Shown: piece after piece, positions 39,848 through 48,498 of the stretch
Position numbering within the stretch: position 1 is the first letter of the stretch
How the letters are laid out: every line of letters begins with the position of its first letter
Virus record (IMG/VR): IMGVR_UViG_3300023112_000001
Reading direction: 5' to 3' (one strand)
Source: a virus
Lineage: Duplodnaviria; Heunggongvirae; Uroviricota; Caudoviricetes; Crassvirales
Length of the DNA stretch: 64,000 nt
The notes under the pieces: model-generated
Seen by the model: the letters and a program-made list of their open reading frames with translations, nothing else
What the model was told of the DNA's origin: nothing
Database searches by the model: none
Position numbers and translations under genes: made by a program

Positions 39848-40153
39848 TTAGTTGATGATTACTTCTTTTTTATGCTTTATATCTTCATTAAAGATAGACA
39901 TTAGCTTAGATAAAGCTACTAATGATTTATTTTCAGTATTAGTATTCTTTAATGGAATATTTAACTCTTCGATAACTTTAGTTTTATTATTTCTAATAAT
40001 TACTTTACGAGTTTTAAATACTACCTTATCTCCATCTAATACTTTTTCAGATATTTCAAATGGCGCAACTCTTCTAATGAATTTACCATTTTTGTCTTTT
40101 ATTATTCCACCATGATACTTTACATCTCTTGATGAATACACTAATTCTGCCAT
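39848..40153 (-). CDS. hypothetical protein (101 aa).
   Basis: ORF only. Confidence 0.4.
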   Translation of the reverse strand: MAELVYSSRDVKYHGGIIKDKNGKFIRRVAPFEISEKVLDGDKVVFKTRKVIIRNNKTKVIEELNIPLKNTNTENKSLVALSKLMSIFNEDIKHKKEVIIN

Positions 40154-40198
40154 AATTGTTTAATTTAAGTTTATTTAATTTATGAATATTAATTTGAG

Positions 40199-40275
40199 GC
40201 AATAACAAGATTCGAACTTGTGCTCAATCCGCTGTTATGCAGATTAGCTCTCAACCACTGAGCTTATATTACCAT
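40199..40275 (-). tRNA. tRNA-like element with canonical acceptor, D and T arms but a non-canonical anticodon arm; identity unresolved.
   Basis: Minus strand: acceptor GGTAATA / TATTGCC (one G.U); D arm AGCTCAGTGGTTGAGAGCT; T arm ACAAG-TTCGAAT-CTTGT. The anticodon region AATCTGC-ATAACA-GCGGATT pairs as a 7-bp stem with a 6-nt loop, or 5 bp with an 8-nt loop, instead of the usual 5 bp with a 7-nt loop. Confidence 0.4.
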
Positions 40276-40279
40276 AACA

Positions 40280-40309
40280 AAAAGACTCTTTATATTAAAA
40301 GAGTCTTTT
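40280..40309 (-). terminator. rho-independent terminator for the minus-strand SPFH gene.
   Basis: 11-bp perfect stem AAAAGACTCTT / AAGAGTCTTTT with loop tatattaa; on the minus strand it is followed by UUUUUGUU. Confidence 0.55.
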
Positions 40310-40434
40310 CTAGATTTATAATAAAATACTTTTTATTATGTTATATTATTTATTTTATATATTATATTTATTTATTTATAAGGCGATCCTCTAATATCCT
40401 CCATAATATTGGCAATTTTATATATTAATAAATA

Positions 40435-41295
40435 TTAATTAGCTATATTTTTGAATATAGTCGGCACTGTACCATAAGTAGGTAATTTGCCATCCCATCG
40501 TTCAATAAATTGCTGCTGTACAAGTAATGGAGTTAATGCACGTTGCTTTTGTTCGTAAGAATATCGCTCTGCATCTGCTTTAACTTTCATGGATTCAGCT
40601 TCACCTCTAGCTTTTTCTATTAATTTATTAGCGTCTGCTGTAGTTGATTGTAATTCAGATTCTTTAGTTAAAGCTGTTTGTTTTGCCTTCACTTTAGCCT
40701 CTATACTTTTTTCTATAGCAACAGGAAGACCTACATTACTAACTAAGATTACCTTTTCTACCTGAAATCCTTCATTATTTAATATATTAGCAACTAAGCT
40801 ATCAGCTATTTTTTCAAATGCTCGTCTATTAGTAAACATTTCTTCTGCTGTAAAATAGCTACAAGCTGTATTATACCCTTCTCTTGTATAATTTCTAAGC
40901 ACTGTACCACCTACTTCATCTAAAGGTTTTCGGTATTTCTTAAATATTGTTACAGCATTTTCAGATGGAACAAGATAATTTAAACTAACATCTAATGATA
41001 CAGTCATACCATCTTTAGTTGTTAACTTAAATGAGTCATCTTCACGACTACCTTCTCTTCTATCCTTAGTCCAAATTTCATTTTGAACATATGTTGGAAA
41101 TTCAAAGATTTGAGTTTTGATAGGATTATACCATTGTGCTCCAGTCACTTCAGTAATGTCATCTACTCCTTTATCTGTTCCATAAAGATTTACCTTAATA
41201 CCTATGTGACCTGCATCAATACGTTCGTACCCACAAGAGCTGAATAATGTTATTGATAATAAGATCAATAATCCATAAAAATTTAATTTTTTCAT
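40435..41295 (-). CDS. SPFH / band-7 (prohibitin, HflK/C-like) domain lipoprotein.
   Basis: Lipobox LLSITLFSSCG; mid-protein band-7-like region; C-terminal alanine/glutamate-rich coiled region EKSIEAKVKAKQTALTKESELQ...AERYSYEQKQRAL typical of SPFH proteins. Confidence 0.6.
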   Translation of the reverse strand: MKKLNFYGLLILLSITLFSSCGYERIDAGHIGIKVNLYGTDKGVDDITEVTGAQWYNPIKTQIFEFPTYVQNEIWTKDRREGSREDDSFKLTTKDGMTVSLDVSLNYLVPSENAVTIFKKYRKPLDEVGGTVLRNYTREGYNTACSYFTAEEMFTNRRAFEKIADSLVANILNNEGFQVEKVILVSNVGLPVAIEKSIEAKVKAKQTALTKESELQSTTADANKLIEKARGEAESMKVKADAERYSYEQKQRALTPLLVQQQFIERWDGKLPTYGTVPTIFKNIAN

Positions 41296-41592
41296 TTTTT
41301 AAAAATTTTAAGTGTTAGTATAAAAAGTGTTATTAATAAGATAAACCCTAATAGGTTTATAAAAGAATGTGCCGTATTTAAAAATACAGGAAAATACCAT
41401 AATAGTATAAAATCTGCTACTATTATGGCATAATGTTTAAATTTAAGCTTTTCAAACATGTCAGTAAATATTTAAATTTTCATGTATAATATCTGGATCA
41501 ATTTCTTCTCCAAAATACACGCAATAATCAAATGTCCCTTCAATAAGTTTTGTTTTTGACATAATATTTTTTGTTGATTTGCTAATAAATTG

Positions 41593-42042
41593 TTATTCTT
41601 CTAATATTCCTTTAATATCAGCTAAATCATTAGCAAGCTTTGCTTCTGCACTTAAATTTTCTTTAAGTTTTGCCTGGATTTTAGTTAATTTATCAAGCTG
41701 CTCTTTGTTGGCAACCTCAATAGCTCTTGATTTTAAATGATCAAGTATTGCAGAAGCTTCCATTTTATTAAGCTTAAAGGTAGGAACCTTAATATTTTCA
41801 GGTACTATAACTTTAGCAGCTTCATTATAAGCACATTCTTTACCCATCACCATTGATGTTGCTTTAATAATAGTACTTAAATTATTTATATTATCAATTT
41901 TACCAAATTCTGGTAAAGCTTCAGTAGTTTTAGGAGTTGTAGGTAAACTACCTTTAATTAATTTAATTTGCTCTGTTACCTGTTCTAGCATTTTTGGCAC
42001 ATCATTTGCTCCTAATACTGCTACTGTTGTTCCTTTTTTCAT
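41593..42042 (-). CDS. hypothetical protein (149 aa).
   Basis: ORF only. Confidence 0.4.
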   Translation of the reverse strand: MKKGTTVAVLGANDVPKMLEQVTEQIKLIKGSLPTTPKTTEALPEFGKIDNINNLSTIIKATSMVMGKECAYNEAAKVIVPENIKVPTFKLNKMEASAILDHLKSRAIEVANKEQLDKLTKIQAKLKENLSAEAKLANDLADIKGILEE

Positions 42043-42061
42043 TTTTGTTTAAGTTTTATTG

Positions 42062-42316
42062 TTAATAAATTTCGTAATTATCTAATATTGATGTAAAATC
42101 TTTAAGAAATATTTTTTTATGATTTCGTTTTGGTCTATCATAAGAATGAGCTGAACCTACTTGAGGGTAATGAAAATAATAATTAACTTTACATTCCCAA
42201 GCATCATAATATCCTTTATATTCTTTAGAATATTCTTTTAAAAAATTATTTAGAAAGCTAATATTTTCTTTATTTATCTCTATGCACCATTTTGCAGGTA
42301 AATTAGTATATTTCAT
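42062..42316 (-). CDS. hypothetical protein (84 aa).
   Basis: ORF only. Confidence 0.35.
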   Translation of the reverse strand: MKYTNLPAKWCIEINKENISFLNNFLKEYSKEYKGYYDAWECKVNYYFHYPQVGSAHSYDRPKRNHKKIFLKDFTSILDNYEIY

Positions 42317-42518
42317 AATTATCTATTTCTTTATTCTTTCTTCTTTCTAATTCTTGTTCAAAAACAGAGTGCATACTTTTAGCAGGGTGATAAGGACTAT
42401 ATCCTGAAATTAATCTCATACAATTTTTTATATGATATTCATCCATTGTCCTTATTTTCATTCTTTTACCACTTGCCGTTAACCATACTTCTGTTGTATA
42501 ATTATTTTTTTCTTTCAT
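42303..42518 (-). CDS. hypothetical protein (71 aa).
   Basis: ORF only. Confidence 0.35.
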   Translation of the reverse strand: MKEKNNYTTEVWLTASGKRMKIRTMDEYHIKNCMRLISGYSPYHPAKSMHSVFEQELERRKNKEIDNYEIY

Positions 42519-42536
42519 TTTTTTATTTATTAATAA

Positions 42537-42938
42537 TTATAAGCTTAATATTAAAGATTGTAAAGTTCTTGTGGCAATATTTAATTCTTTTGGATTATCA
42601 AATACTCCTACAAATGATTTCTTTATTATATCTATTTTACTTGATACTATAGATTTTGAATAGTATCCAGTTCCAAGTATTCTTGAATTATAAGGCATCA
42701 AATTAAGAGAATCTTGAGTTGTTGACAATGGCATAGAATATGCTATATCTTTAACAACTTTAATAACAACATGTGGTCTAGCTTTTGCCCCTGTAACAGA
42801 TAAATAAACATCTCCTTTCTTTATTTTTGAAGGAATTGTTTTTGGTTCAAGGGTAATACTTTTTATTAAATGTATTAATTCTTTAGATTGTATTTCTGGT
42901 TTGTTTTCTATATAATTTATTGTTTCTTGTTTGTTCAT
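42537..42938 (-). CDS. hypothetical protein (133 aa).
   Basis: ORF only. Confidence 0.4.
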   Translation of the reverse strand: MNKQETINYIENKPEIQSKELIHLIKSITLEPKTIPSKIKKGDVYLSVTGAKARPHVVIKVVKDIAYSMPLSTTQDSLNLMPYNSRILGTGYYSKSIVSSKIDIIKKSFVGVFDNPKELNIATRTLQSLILSL

Positions 42939-42961
42939 TGTTTTTTAAGTTTTATATTGTT

Positions 42962-43414
42962 TTAAAATTTTAATCCAAAGCCTACTTTAGCATCTTGATT
43001 TAATATATCATAATAAAAAATAGATGTTAAATTATTTATCACATCAAGATTAAATCCTAATTCTATTGATAACTTATGTATCTTGTCAGGCCTAAGAGAA
43101 TATATTGTTTTTGATTGATAATATATATCTGTATATACTCCCACAATATTAAAAGAATAGTTATTTACTAAGTTTTTATATACTTTGTAACCTATTCCAT
43201 ATTTAGCTAGATTCATTTGATCTTTATCATATTTAATATTGGCTGCTTCTGCGGATAATATTATATTATGATATGTAAATACAATTCCAACTCCATTTTT
43301 AGGAGGACTAAAGGTAAATGACACACTTTTAGTTGATTCTTGGTTAATATTATTATCTTGAGCTTGTATTGATAAGCTTAATATTAACATTAGAAAATAC
43401 ATTAGTTTTTTCAT
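42962..43414 (-). CDS. outer-membrane beta-barrel protein (OmpA/Opa-like small barrel) with signal peptide.
   Basis: Signal peptide MKKLMYFLMLILSLSIQA; alternating hydrophobic beta-strand pattern; C-terminal GFGLKF ending in Phe, typical of outer-membrane barrels. Confidence 0.55.
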   Translation of the reverse strand: MKKLMYFLMLILSLSIQAQDNNINQESTKSVSFTFSPPKNGVGIVFTYHNIILSAEAANIKYDKDQMNLAKYGIGYKVYKNLVNNYSFNIVGVYTDIYYQSKTIYSLRPDKIHKLSIELGFNLDVINNLTSIFYYDILNQDAKVGFGLKF

Positions 43415-44316
43415 GGTTAATTAATTTAGTTAGTTAATATTTACTACTCGTATCAATAGAGTAGTCTGCACAATTAATTTAATAATAAGTATCCACTTGA
43501 CTCTGATTATAAATCAGCTAAGAATGTACTTCCCATTCTAAATTAGGTAGAGGCTTATACTAAAATTAAACTATACGACAATATATTTCTATATTGAAGG
43601 CTAAATACTGTTCGTATACTCCAAGTTATTTAGCTGCCTACAATTAATAGATAGAGGTACAGGCTCTCATATCCTGTTTTCAAAGCTATTAACCTTATTA
43701 ATTGTAATATTATCACCTCTTTATTTTTCTCTTTCTTTTTAAAACGAAAGTATTAGGTGTAATTATTATAAGCCTTTCACTTATCCATGAGCACGCACTC
43801 ATTTCCTCACAATTTGTTGTTCAGGTATGTGACACCTATATCTCCATCAATGATTTACGTTTATAAGAGATTTGGGCTACTTTCAACGTAGTAGTGACGT
43901 ATTTAGTAAAAGTTATTAATTCAAAGTCAACGTTTCATAATATATCCTCTAATTAATATAGATTAGATTGTTCCGGAATAGCGAGTATTCTCTATTTATC
44001 TAATCATTAAATACTCCTTTTAAAAACTATTATTTATTATTACTATGCTTTTCAGGAGCTAATAATAATGTTATTATAAAAATAGCTGTAGCTATATGAC
44101 ATAATATACCTATAGCTATTAAATACCATTTTGCTACATATAAAATAGTTTCCATAGTTTATTTTTTTAAGTTTATTATATTAATTAATTTATATTTTAA
44201 CAAGATGAACTTAATAATAATGCAATGAGTATTACAAGTAAAAGAAATACTTGGGCTATAGCTATTCTTTTCATAAATATTAATTTTGATGGGTTTTCAT
44301 TACTCATTATAAATGT

Positions 44317-44535
44317 TTATTTAATTAACAGTTGCTGAATAAGCATACCTAATTCAAATATTGTTTCATTAGTTCTCCTTTCAGGAGCTTGAAATGATAA
44401 GAATACTCTATACATATTAGGTGAAACTTGAGTCATACTCATACCTAATTCTGGTAATTGTTCTTGTAGCTTTTTCTTAGGAAACTCTCCAAATAATGAT
44501 ATATTATGTGTAATTTCAAGATTAATAGTTTTCAT
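44317..44535 (-). CDS. small hypothetical protein (72 aa).
   Basis: ORF; member of the small-gene cluster. Confidence 0.4.
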   Translation of the reverse strand: MKTINLEITHNISLFGEFPKKKLQEQLPELGMSMTQVSPNMYRVFLSFQAPERRTNETIFELGMLIQQLLIK

Positions 44536-44830
44536 TTGTTAATAATTTATGATTTTTACATTTTCCAAATTTAAGTTTACATTCACCATTTTTAAGCTCA
44601 TAAGAACAAGAACCTTTTCCTTTTAAATTACAAAATGGTTTATTAATTATAGAGTTATAAATAGATTCAATTTCTTTATCAGTAAGAGTGGATTGTCTAC
44701 GTCCTGTAAAATACATGCCAGTAAAATTACTTTTTTCTAATAGCTTAAGTTTATTCCACCATTTAAGAGCTTTTGTTCTTGAGGTTTCTATATTTCTTGG
44801 ATCATTTTTAGCCATGTTTATAGTTTTCAT
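44522..44830 (-). CDS. small hypothetical Cys-containing protein (102 aa).
   Basis: ORF; CNLKGKGSCSYELKNGECKLKFGKCKNHK Cys/Lys-rich segment. Confidence 0.4.
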   Translation of the reverse strand: MKTINMAKNDPRNIETSRTKALKWWNKLKLLEKSNFTGMYFTGRRQSTLTDKEIESIYNSIINKPFCNLKGKGSCSYELKNGECKLKFGKCKNHKLLTNENY

Positions 44831-44834
44831 AAGA

Positions 44835-45071
44835 TTATTTTTTATGTTTACAGCTTCTTTTAGCCTTACAGATAACTCTTGTCCTCTGCGATGAACATTT
44901 ATCTTTACAAGCGCAAAATACAGTTTTAATTATAGATGATGTGTTGTTATCCTTATTGGCATTATAAATTAATGTATCTATTTTATTGATCTGCATTTCA
45001 ATATAAAGGCTGTCTCTTTTTTCAAGTCCTTTTAATAATTCATTTCTTATTTTACTTAGTTCATTGACCAT
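44835..45071 (-). CDS. small hypothetical Cys-rich basic protein (78 aa).
   Basis: ORF preceded by the conserved start-proximal motif; C-terminal CACKDKCSSQRTRVICKAKRSCKHKK. Confidence 0.45.
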   Translation of the reverse strand: MVNELSKIRNELLKGLEKRDSLYIEMQINKIDTLIYNANKDNNTSSIIKTVFCACKDKCSSQRTRVICKAKRSCKHKK

Positions 45072-45286
45072 TATAAATGTTTATTTAAAAGTTAAAATGA
45101 TTTTTGTTCTTTGGACTACACAATCTCAATAAAGAGTTATTAATAGGTCGCCAATCCTATTTATTATAGTGTAAATTCAGGAACTAAATCTAACAAGACT
45201 GAAATGCTTTTAAATACATTGGTCTGACTCAAGGCTCCTACCAGACAGTACGCTTAGATTCACGTGTTTGTAGCAATGTATTATTA

Positions 45287-45493
45287 TTAATTTGACAAAG
45301 TTATTTCTCCATCAAAGTCTTTAAATCCTAGCCAATCACAACTATGATATCCTGGATCATGAATTGCTCCTCCAGAAATAACTGTACCTATTGTAGGAGC
45401 AGTTGCTAGAATAATTGTTCCTTTAGAATGTATCATCAATTTAGGGAAAGGTAATTCTTTAGGTGACTTTTCTTTATTTATTTTTATATTCAT
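45287..45493 (-). CDS. small hypothetical protein (68 aa).
   Basis: ORF preceded by the conserved start-proximal motif. Confidence 0.45.
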   Translation of the reverse strand: MNIKINKEKSPKELPFPKLMIHSKGTIILATAPTIGTVISGGAIHDPGYHSCDWLGFKDFDGEITLSN

Positions 45494-45735
45494 AACAAAT
45501 GTTTATTAATAGATTCTTGTATATATTCTTTATTTTTGTGCGAATGCTTAATTTCATAATTAATCTTATTTCTAAGTCTTTTAGCATGAAATGCACATAG
45601 TATCTTAACTTTAACCTTAACCTGTTTCTTATCTTTATTATAAGTAGTTATGGTTAATCTATATTCAGGTTCTCGTAAACAATGATATTTGCTTGTACCT
45701 GAATGAGAGGTTACTTTAGCTTGACATTTATTCAT
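45490..45735 (-). CDS. small hypothetical basic protein (81 aa).
   Basis: ORF preceded by the conserved start-proximal motif. Confidence 0.45.
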   Translation of the reverse strand: MNKCQAKVTSHSGTSKYHCLREPEYRLTITTYNKDKKQVKVKVKILCAFHAKRLRNKINYEIKHSHKNKEYIQESINKHLL

Positions 45736-45899
45736 AACAAATGTTTATTTAAGTGTTAAAACAACTCTTATAACCCCTGCTTAGAGGTTAAATATACGCA
45801 CCAAAAAATACAATATAGATAGCTCCGAACCATTTAGGTATTATATGGAGAAAGTGCGTTATTATCTATATTTGCCAGCAATTGGATAAGAGTTGTTAA

Positions 45900-46148
45900 T
45901 TAATGATAAAGCGTTTTAGTAATATATCTAATTCTTTTATTACGATATGTTATTTTATGAACCTCTTTAGTTTCCTTACCATCAGGTATCATTCTACCAT
46001 CATATCCAGATCTAATTGATACATTATATGTATTTGATTTAACAACTTCTCTTGATTCTATAGTCCAATGACCTTCAAGATATAAGATAACAAGCATTCC
46101 AATTAAAAGAATTACTATAATAGATACAATTATATAAATAAGTGTCAT
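45900..46148 (-). CDS. small membrane protein (82 aa).
   Basis: N-terminal TM helix LIYIIVSIIVILLIGMLVILYL; preceded by the conserved start-proximal motif. Confidence 0.45.
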   Translation of the reverse strand: MTLIYIIVSIIVILLIGMLVILYLEGHWTIESREVVKSNTYNVSIRSGYDGRMIPDGKETKEVHKITYRNKRIRYITKTLYH

Positions 46149-46603
46149 AACAAATGAGTATTTAGTGAATGTTAGTGATTACTATGTAGTTGTTAATATA
46201 ACTATAAAGTTTATATTAATAGAGTTAATGTAGAGAATGATGTAGGTGATAAAGATGAGGTAATGAGTGGGAGAAGGTTTAACCCCTCCCAAACTCACCC
46301 CTGTAACCCCTATAAACACTAGGTTTTCACCTATTTAAGCTTCTTAGGCTTTCTATTGTTGAAATTAAATACAGCAATCGTATATATTACCACTATTATA
46401 GCGATGACACTTACCATGCCTCCTATAACAATGAGTATTTTATTAAATATCTCCATATTAATTGAATTTATGTTTGGATGTAGGGCATAAAGCGAGAGAA
46501 ATTATGTTTAGAGCTAGGGACATATACTATACACCGTTAATGTAATATAGCAAGGTTTAGAAAAGAAAGGTTACTATAGCTGGTTTAGAAATAAAATAGT
46601 AAA

Positions 46604-46621
46604 GAGCCCAATTAAGGGCTC
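46604..46621 (-). terminator. rho-independent terminator after minus-strand gene 46628..46894.
   Basis: Stem GAGCCC / GGGCTC, loop aattaa; on the minus strand it is followed by UUUACUAUUUUAUUU. Confidence 0.5.
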
Positions 46622-46627
46622 AATACT

Positions 46628-46894
46628 TTAATTATATACTAGTTCTTGTAGAATAGCACCATCCTTAGTACTTAAGGGCTCGCCATCTTCATTGGACATG
46701 TCTTGAAATGTATATCCATCAGGAATACTAAATTCAAAGCCTTTATCGTCATCGGTAAGTTTTTTCTTAGCGAAGTGATTTGCGCCCTCACGATTAACAT
46801 AAGCTGGGTGACCACCACGCTCTAAAGGGTTACGCTTTACCATAAGAAGTGCGGATTTTTCACCGCGTAATGAATTAAAAGTAGCTACTGCCAT
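46628..46894 (-). CDS. hypothetical protein (88 aa).
   Basis: ORF with a repeat/promoter-like element upstream and a terminator downstream. Confidence 0.45.
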   Translation of the reverse strand: MAVATFNSLRGEKSALLMVKRNPLERGGHPAYVNREGANHFAKKKLTDDDKGFEFSIPDGYTFQDMSNEDGEPLSTKDGAILQELVYN

Positions 46895-46990
46895 GATTAT
46901 TAAGTTATATTAGTTTATTACAGTACCATTACTGCAATATTAAGATAAGTAAGGTTACTATAGTTGGTTATAAATAAGCATAGAACTATC

Positions 46991-47224
46991 CTATATGGAT
47001 AGCTCATGCCTAGTTATAGTGATGTTGTTACTAGATGCTAATTCAATATCTATAGCAGACATATCTGATGTTGCCATCTGCATACCATAAGTGTCTTTCA
47101 TACGCTTAGCGTGTTGGAAATCAGCTTGAGCTTGATCTCTCATGTCTTCTAATTCTGTACGTGTTAATGTAGTTAATGACATATCAATATAGTTTAAGTT
47201 ATGTTTATGGGGGTACAATCCCAA
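46991..47224 (-). CDS. hypothetical protein (77 aa); first gene of the minus-strand block, divergent from the + block.
   Basis: ORF only. Confidence 0.4.
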   Translation of the reverse strand: MGLYPHKHNLNYIDMSLTTLTRTELEDMRDQAQADFQHAKRMKDTYGMQMATSDMSAIDIELASSNNITITRHELSI

Positions 47225-47407
47225 TATTTAGAAAAGGAGGGGACTTTAGATGGTATACCCTCCAGTATATACGCCTTTCTAGTATTTCTATATATAATAT
47301 ATACCCATCCTAGCATATACACCTATTCTAAGGGGGGGTATATATTTTATTTTAAAATAATTGTAATATTATTTGGACTTTACATATATATTTTATATAT
47401 TAGCAGA

Positions 47408-47554
47408 ATGGATATAGATAAAGATAAAGTTTGTACATGTGATTGCCATAAGAAAGGTTTTGATGTAATGCACATGATGGCTTGTTGTGAGCATACATAT
47501 AAAAAGTATATAAATGATGATGGAAGTATAGATTGGGAGGCTTACAATGGATAA
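47408..47554 (+). CDS. small Cys/His-rich protein (48 aa; the ORF-track 117-aa ORF trimmed to its internal Met).
   Basis: MDIDKDKVCTCDCHKKGFDVMHMMACCEHTYKK; the upstream part of ORF 47201..47554 overlaps the divergent promoter region and reads as low-complexity sequence. Confidence 0.35.
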   Translation: MDIDKDKVCTCDCHKKGFDVMHMMACCEHTYKKYINDDGSIDWEAYNG

Positions 47555-47998
47555 TTTAACTATACTAGGATTTGTAAGTGTAATATTTAGTTTTATTTGT
47601 TTAATTATTTGGGTAATAATAGATTTTAAAAATAATCAATAAATGGAAGCAAGACAGTCATCACTTTGGAAACATATAAAAAGGAATCATCCTAAATTAG
47701 CAAGGAGGTTGATTAAAGATATTATAACTAAAAAGAGATATGATGATGAATAAAAGGTAAAGTTTATAGTAAGAAAAAATAATTGCTAAAATACTTGCAT
47801 ATGTCAAAAAAAAAGCTTAACTTCGTAACTCGATATTAAAGAGTTTCTTCTTTAAAGAGAAAGTTTTTAATAAGAGAATTACTAAAGTAGTTAGTAAAGA
47901 ACGCTCGCCGCTAGGCATCGAGTGAAGAAGTTAATCATCCCGCACTACATACCATAAGAACTGTTTGCGGGTATTTTTTTAATTTAAATATATATAAT

Positions 47999-48295
47999 AT
48001 GGGGAAGTCATTAGGTAACACCGATACGAACGGTGCAAAGGAGAATGTAAAAGATATTGTATTCTGGGGTAACGGGGATACATTTAAACTAATTAGTAAA
48101 GCATCTTCTCAAAAAGAAGGTTGGATGAAATCAACCAAGGCAATGGAAATCATTGATGTTGGATGTGTGATTCAAGTCACTACACAGCAAAACGATCATG
48201 TTGCTGAGGCAGTCACATTTGTTCCAGATGTTAAAATTAAGGAAACTAGTAATGCTGACGGGAAAATAATCAGTAGAAGTATTATAAAAATCTAA
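47999..48295 (+). CDS. hypothetical protein (98 aa).
   Basis: ORF only. Confidence 0.45.
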   Translation: MGKSLGNTDTNGAKENVKDIVFWGNGDTFKLISKASSQKEGWMKSTKAMEIIDVGCVIQVTTQQNDHVAEAVTFVPDVKIKETSNADGKIISRSIIKI

Positions 48296-48462
48296 TATAT
48301 TATAAAAAATTTGGAATTCTCATTTATTTTACATATATTTGTACCCATGATAAGACTTGAACAACATACGACAGAATTGACACCGCAGGATGATAGATAT
48401 CCAGGGCGTTCGGTATGGTTATTAGTCTAGTAAGATTGTTTTAAAAATAACTCATAAAGAAA

Positions 48463-48489
48463 CCCTGGTCAAATCGACTGGGGTTTTTT
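48463..48489 (+). terminator. rho-independent terminator upstream of the tRNA cluster.
   Basis: Stem CCCTGGTC / GACTGGGG with loop aaatc, followed by TTTTTT. Confidence 0.45.
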
Positions 48490-48498
48490 GTTATATAT

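Noticed and set aside
47201-47407. N-terminal 69 residues of ORF 47201..47554 (MFMGVQSQYL...).
   Set aside because: They overlap the divergent promoter/repeat region and the 3' end of the convergent minus-strand gene. The composition is Tyr/Ile/Phe-rich antisense-like. The gene is trimmed to the internal Met at 47408.
48296-48460. Possible additional tRNA or ncRNA in the 165-nt gap before the tRNA cluster (hairpin GGATGATAGATATCC, T-loop-like GTTCAAGTC on the minus strand).
   Set aside because: No consistent cloverleaf could be built on either strand, so only isolated hairpins are present. It is kept as an unexplained structured spacer.
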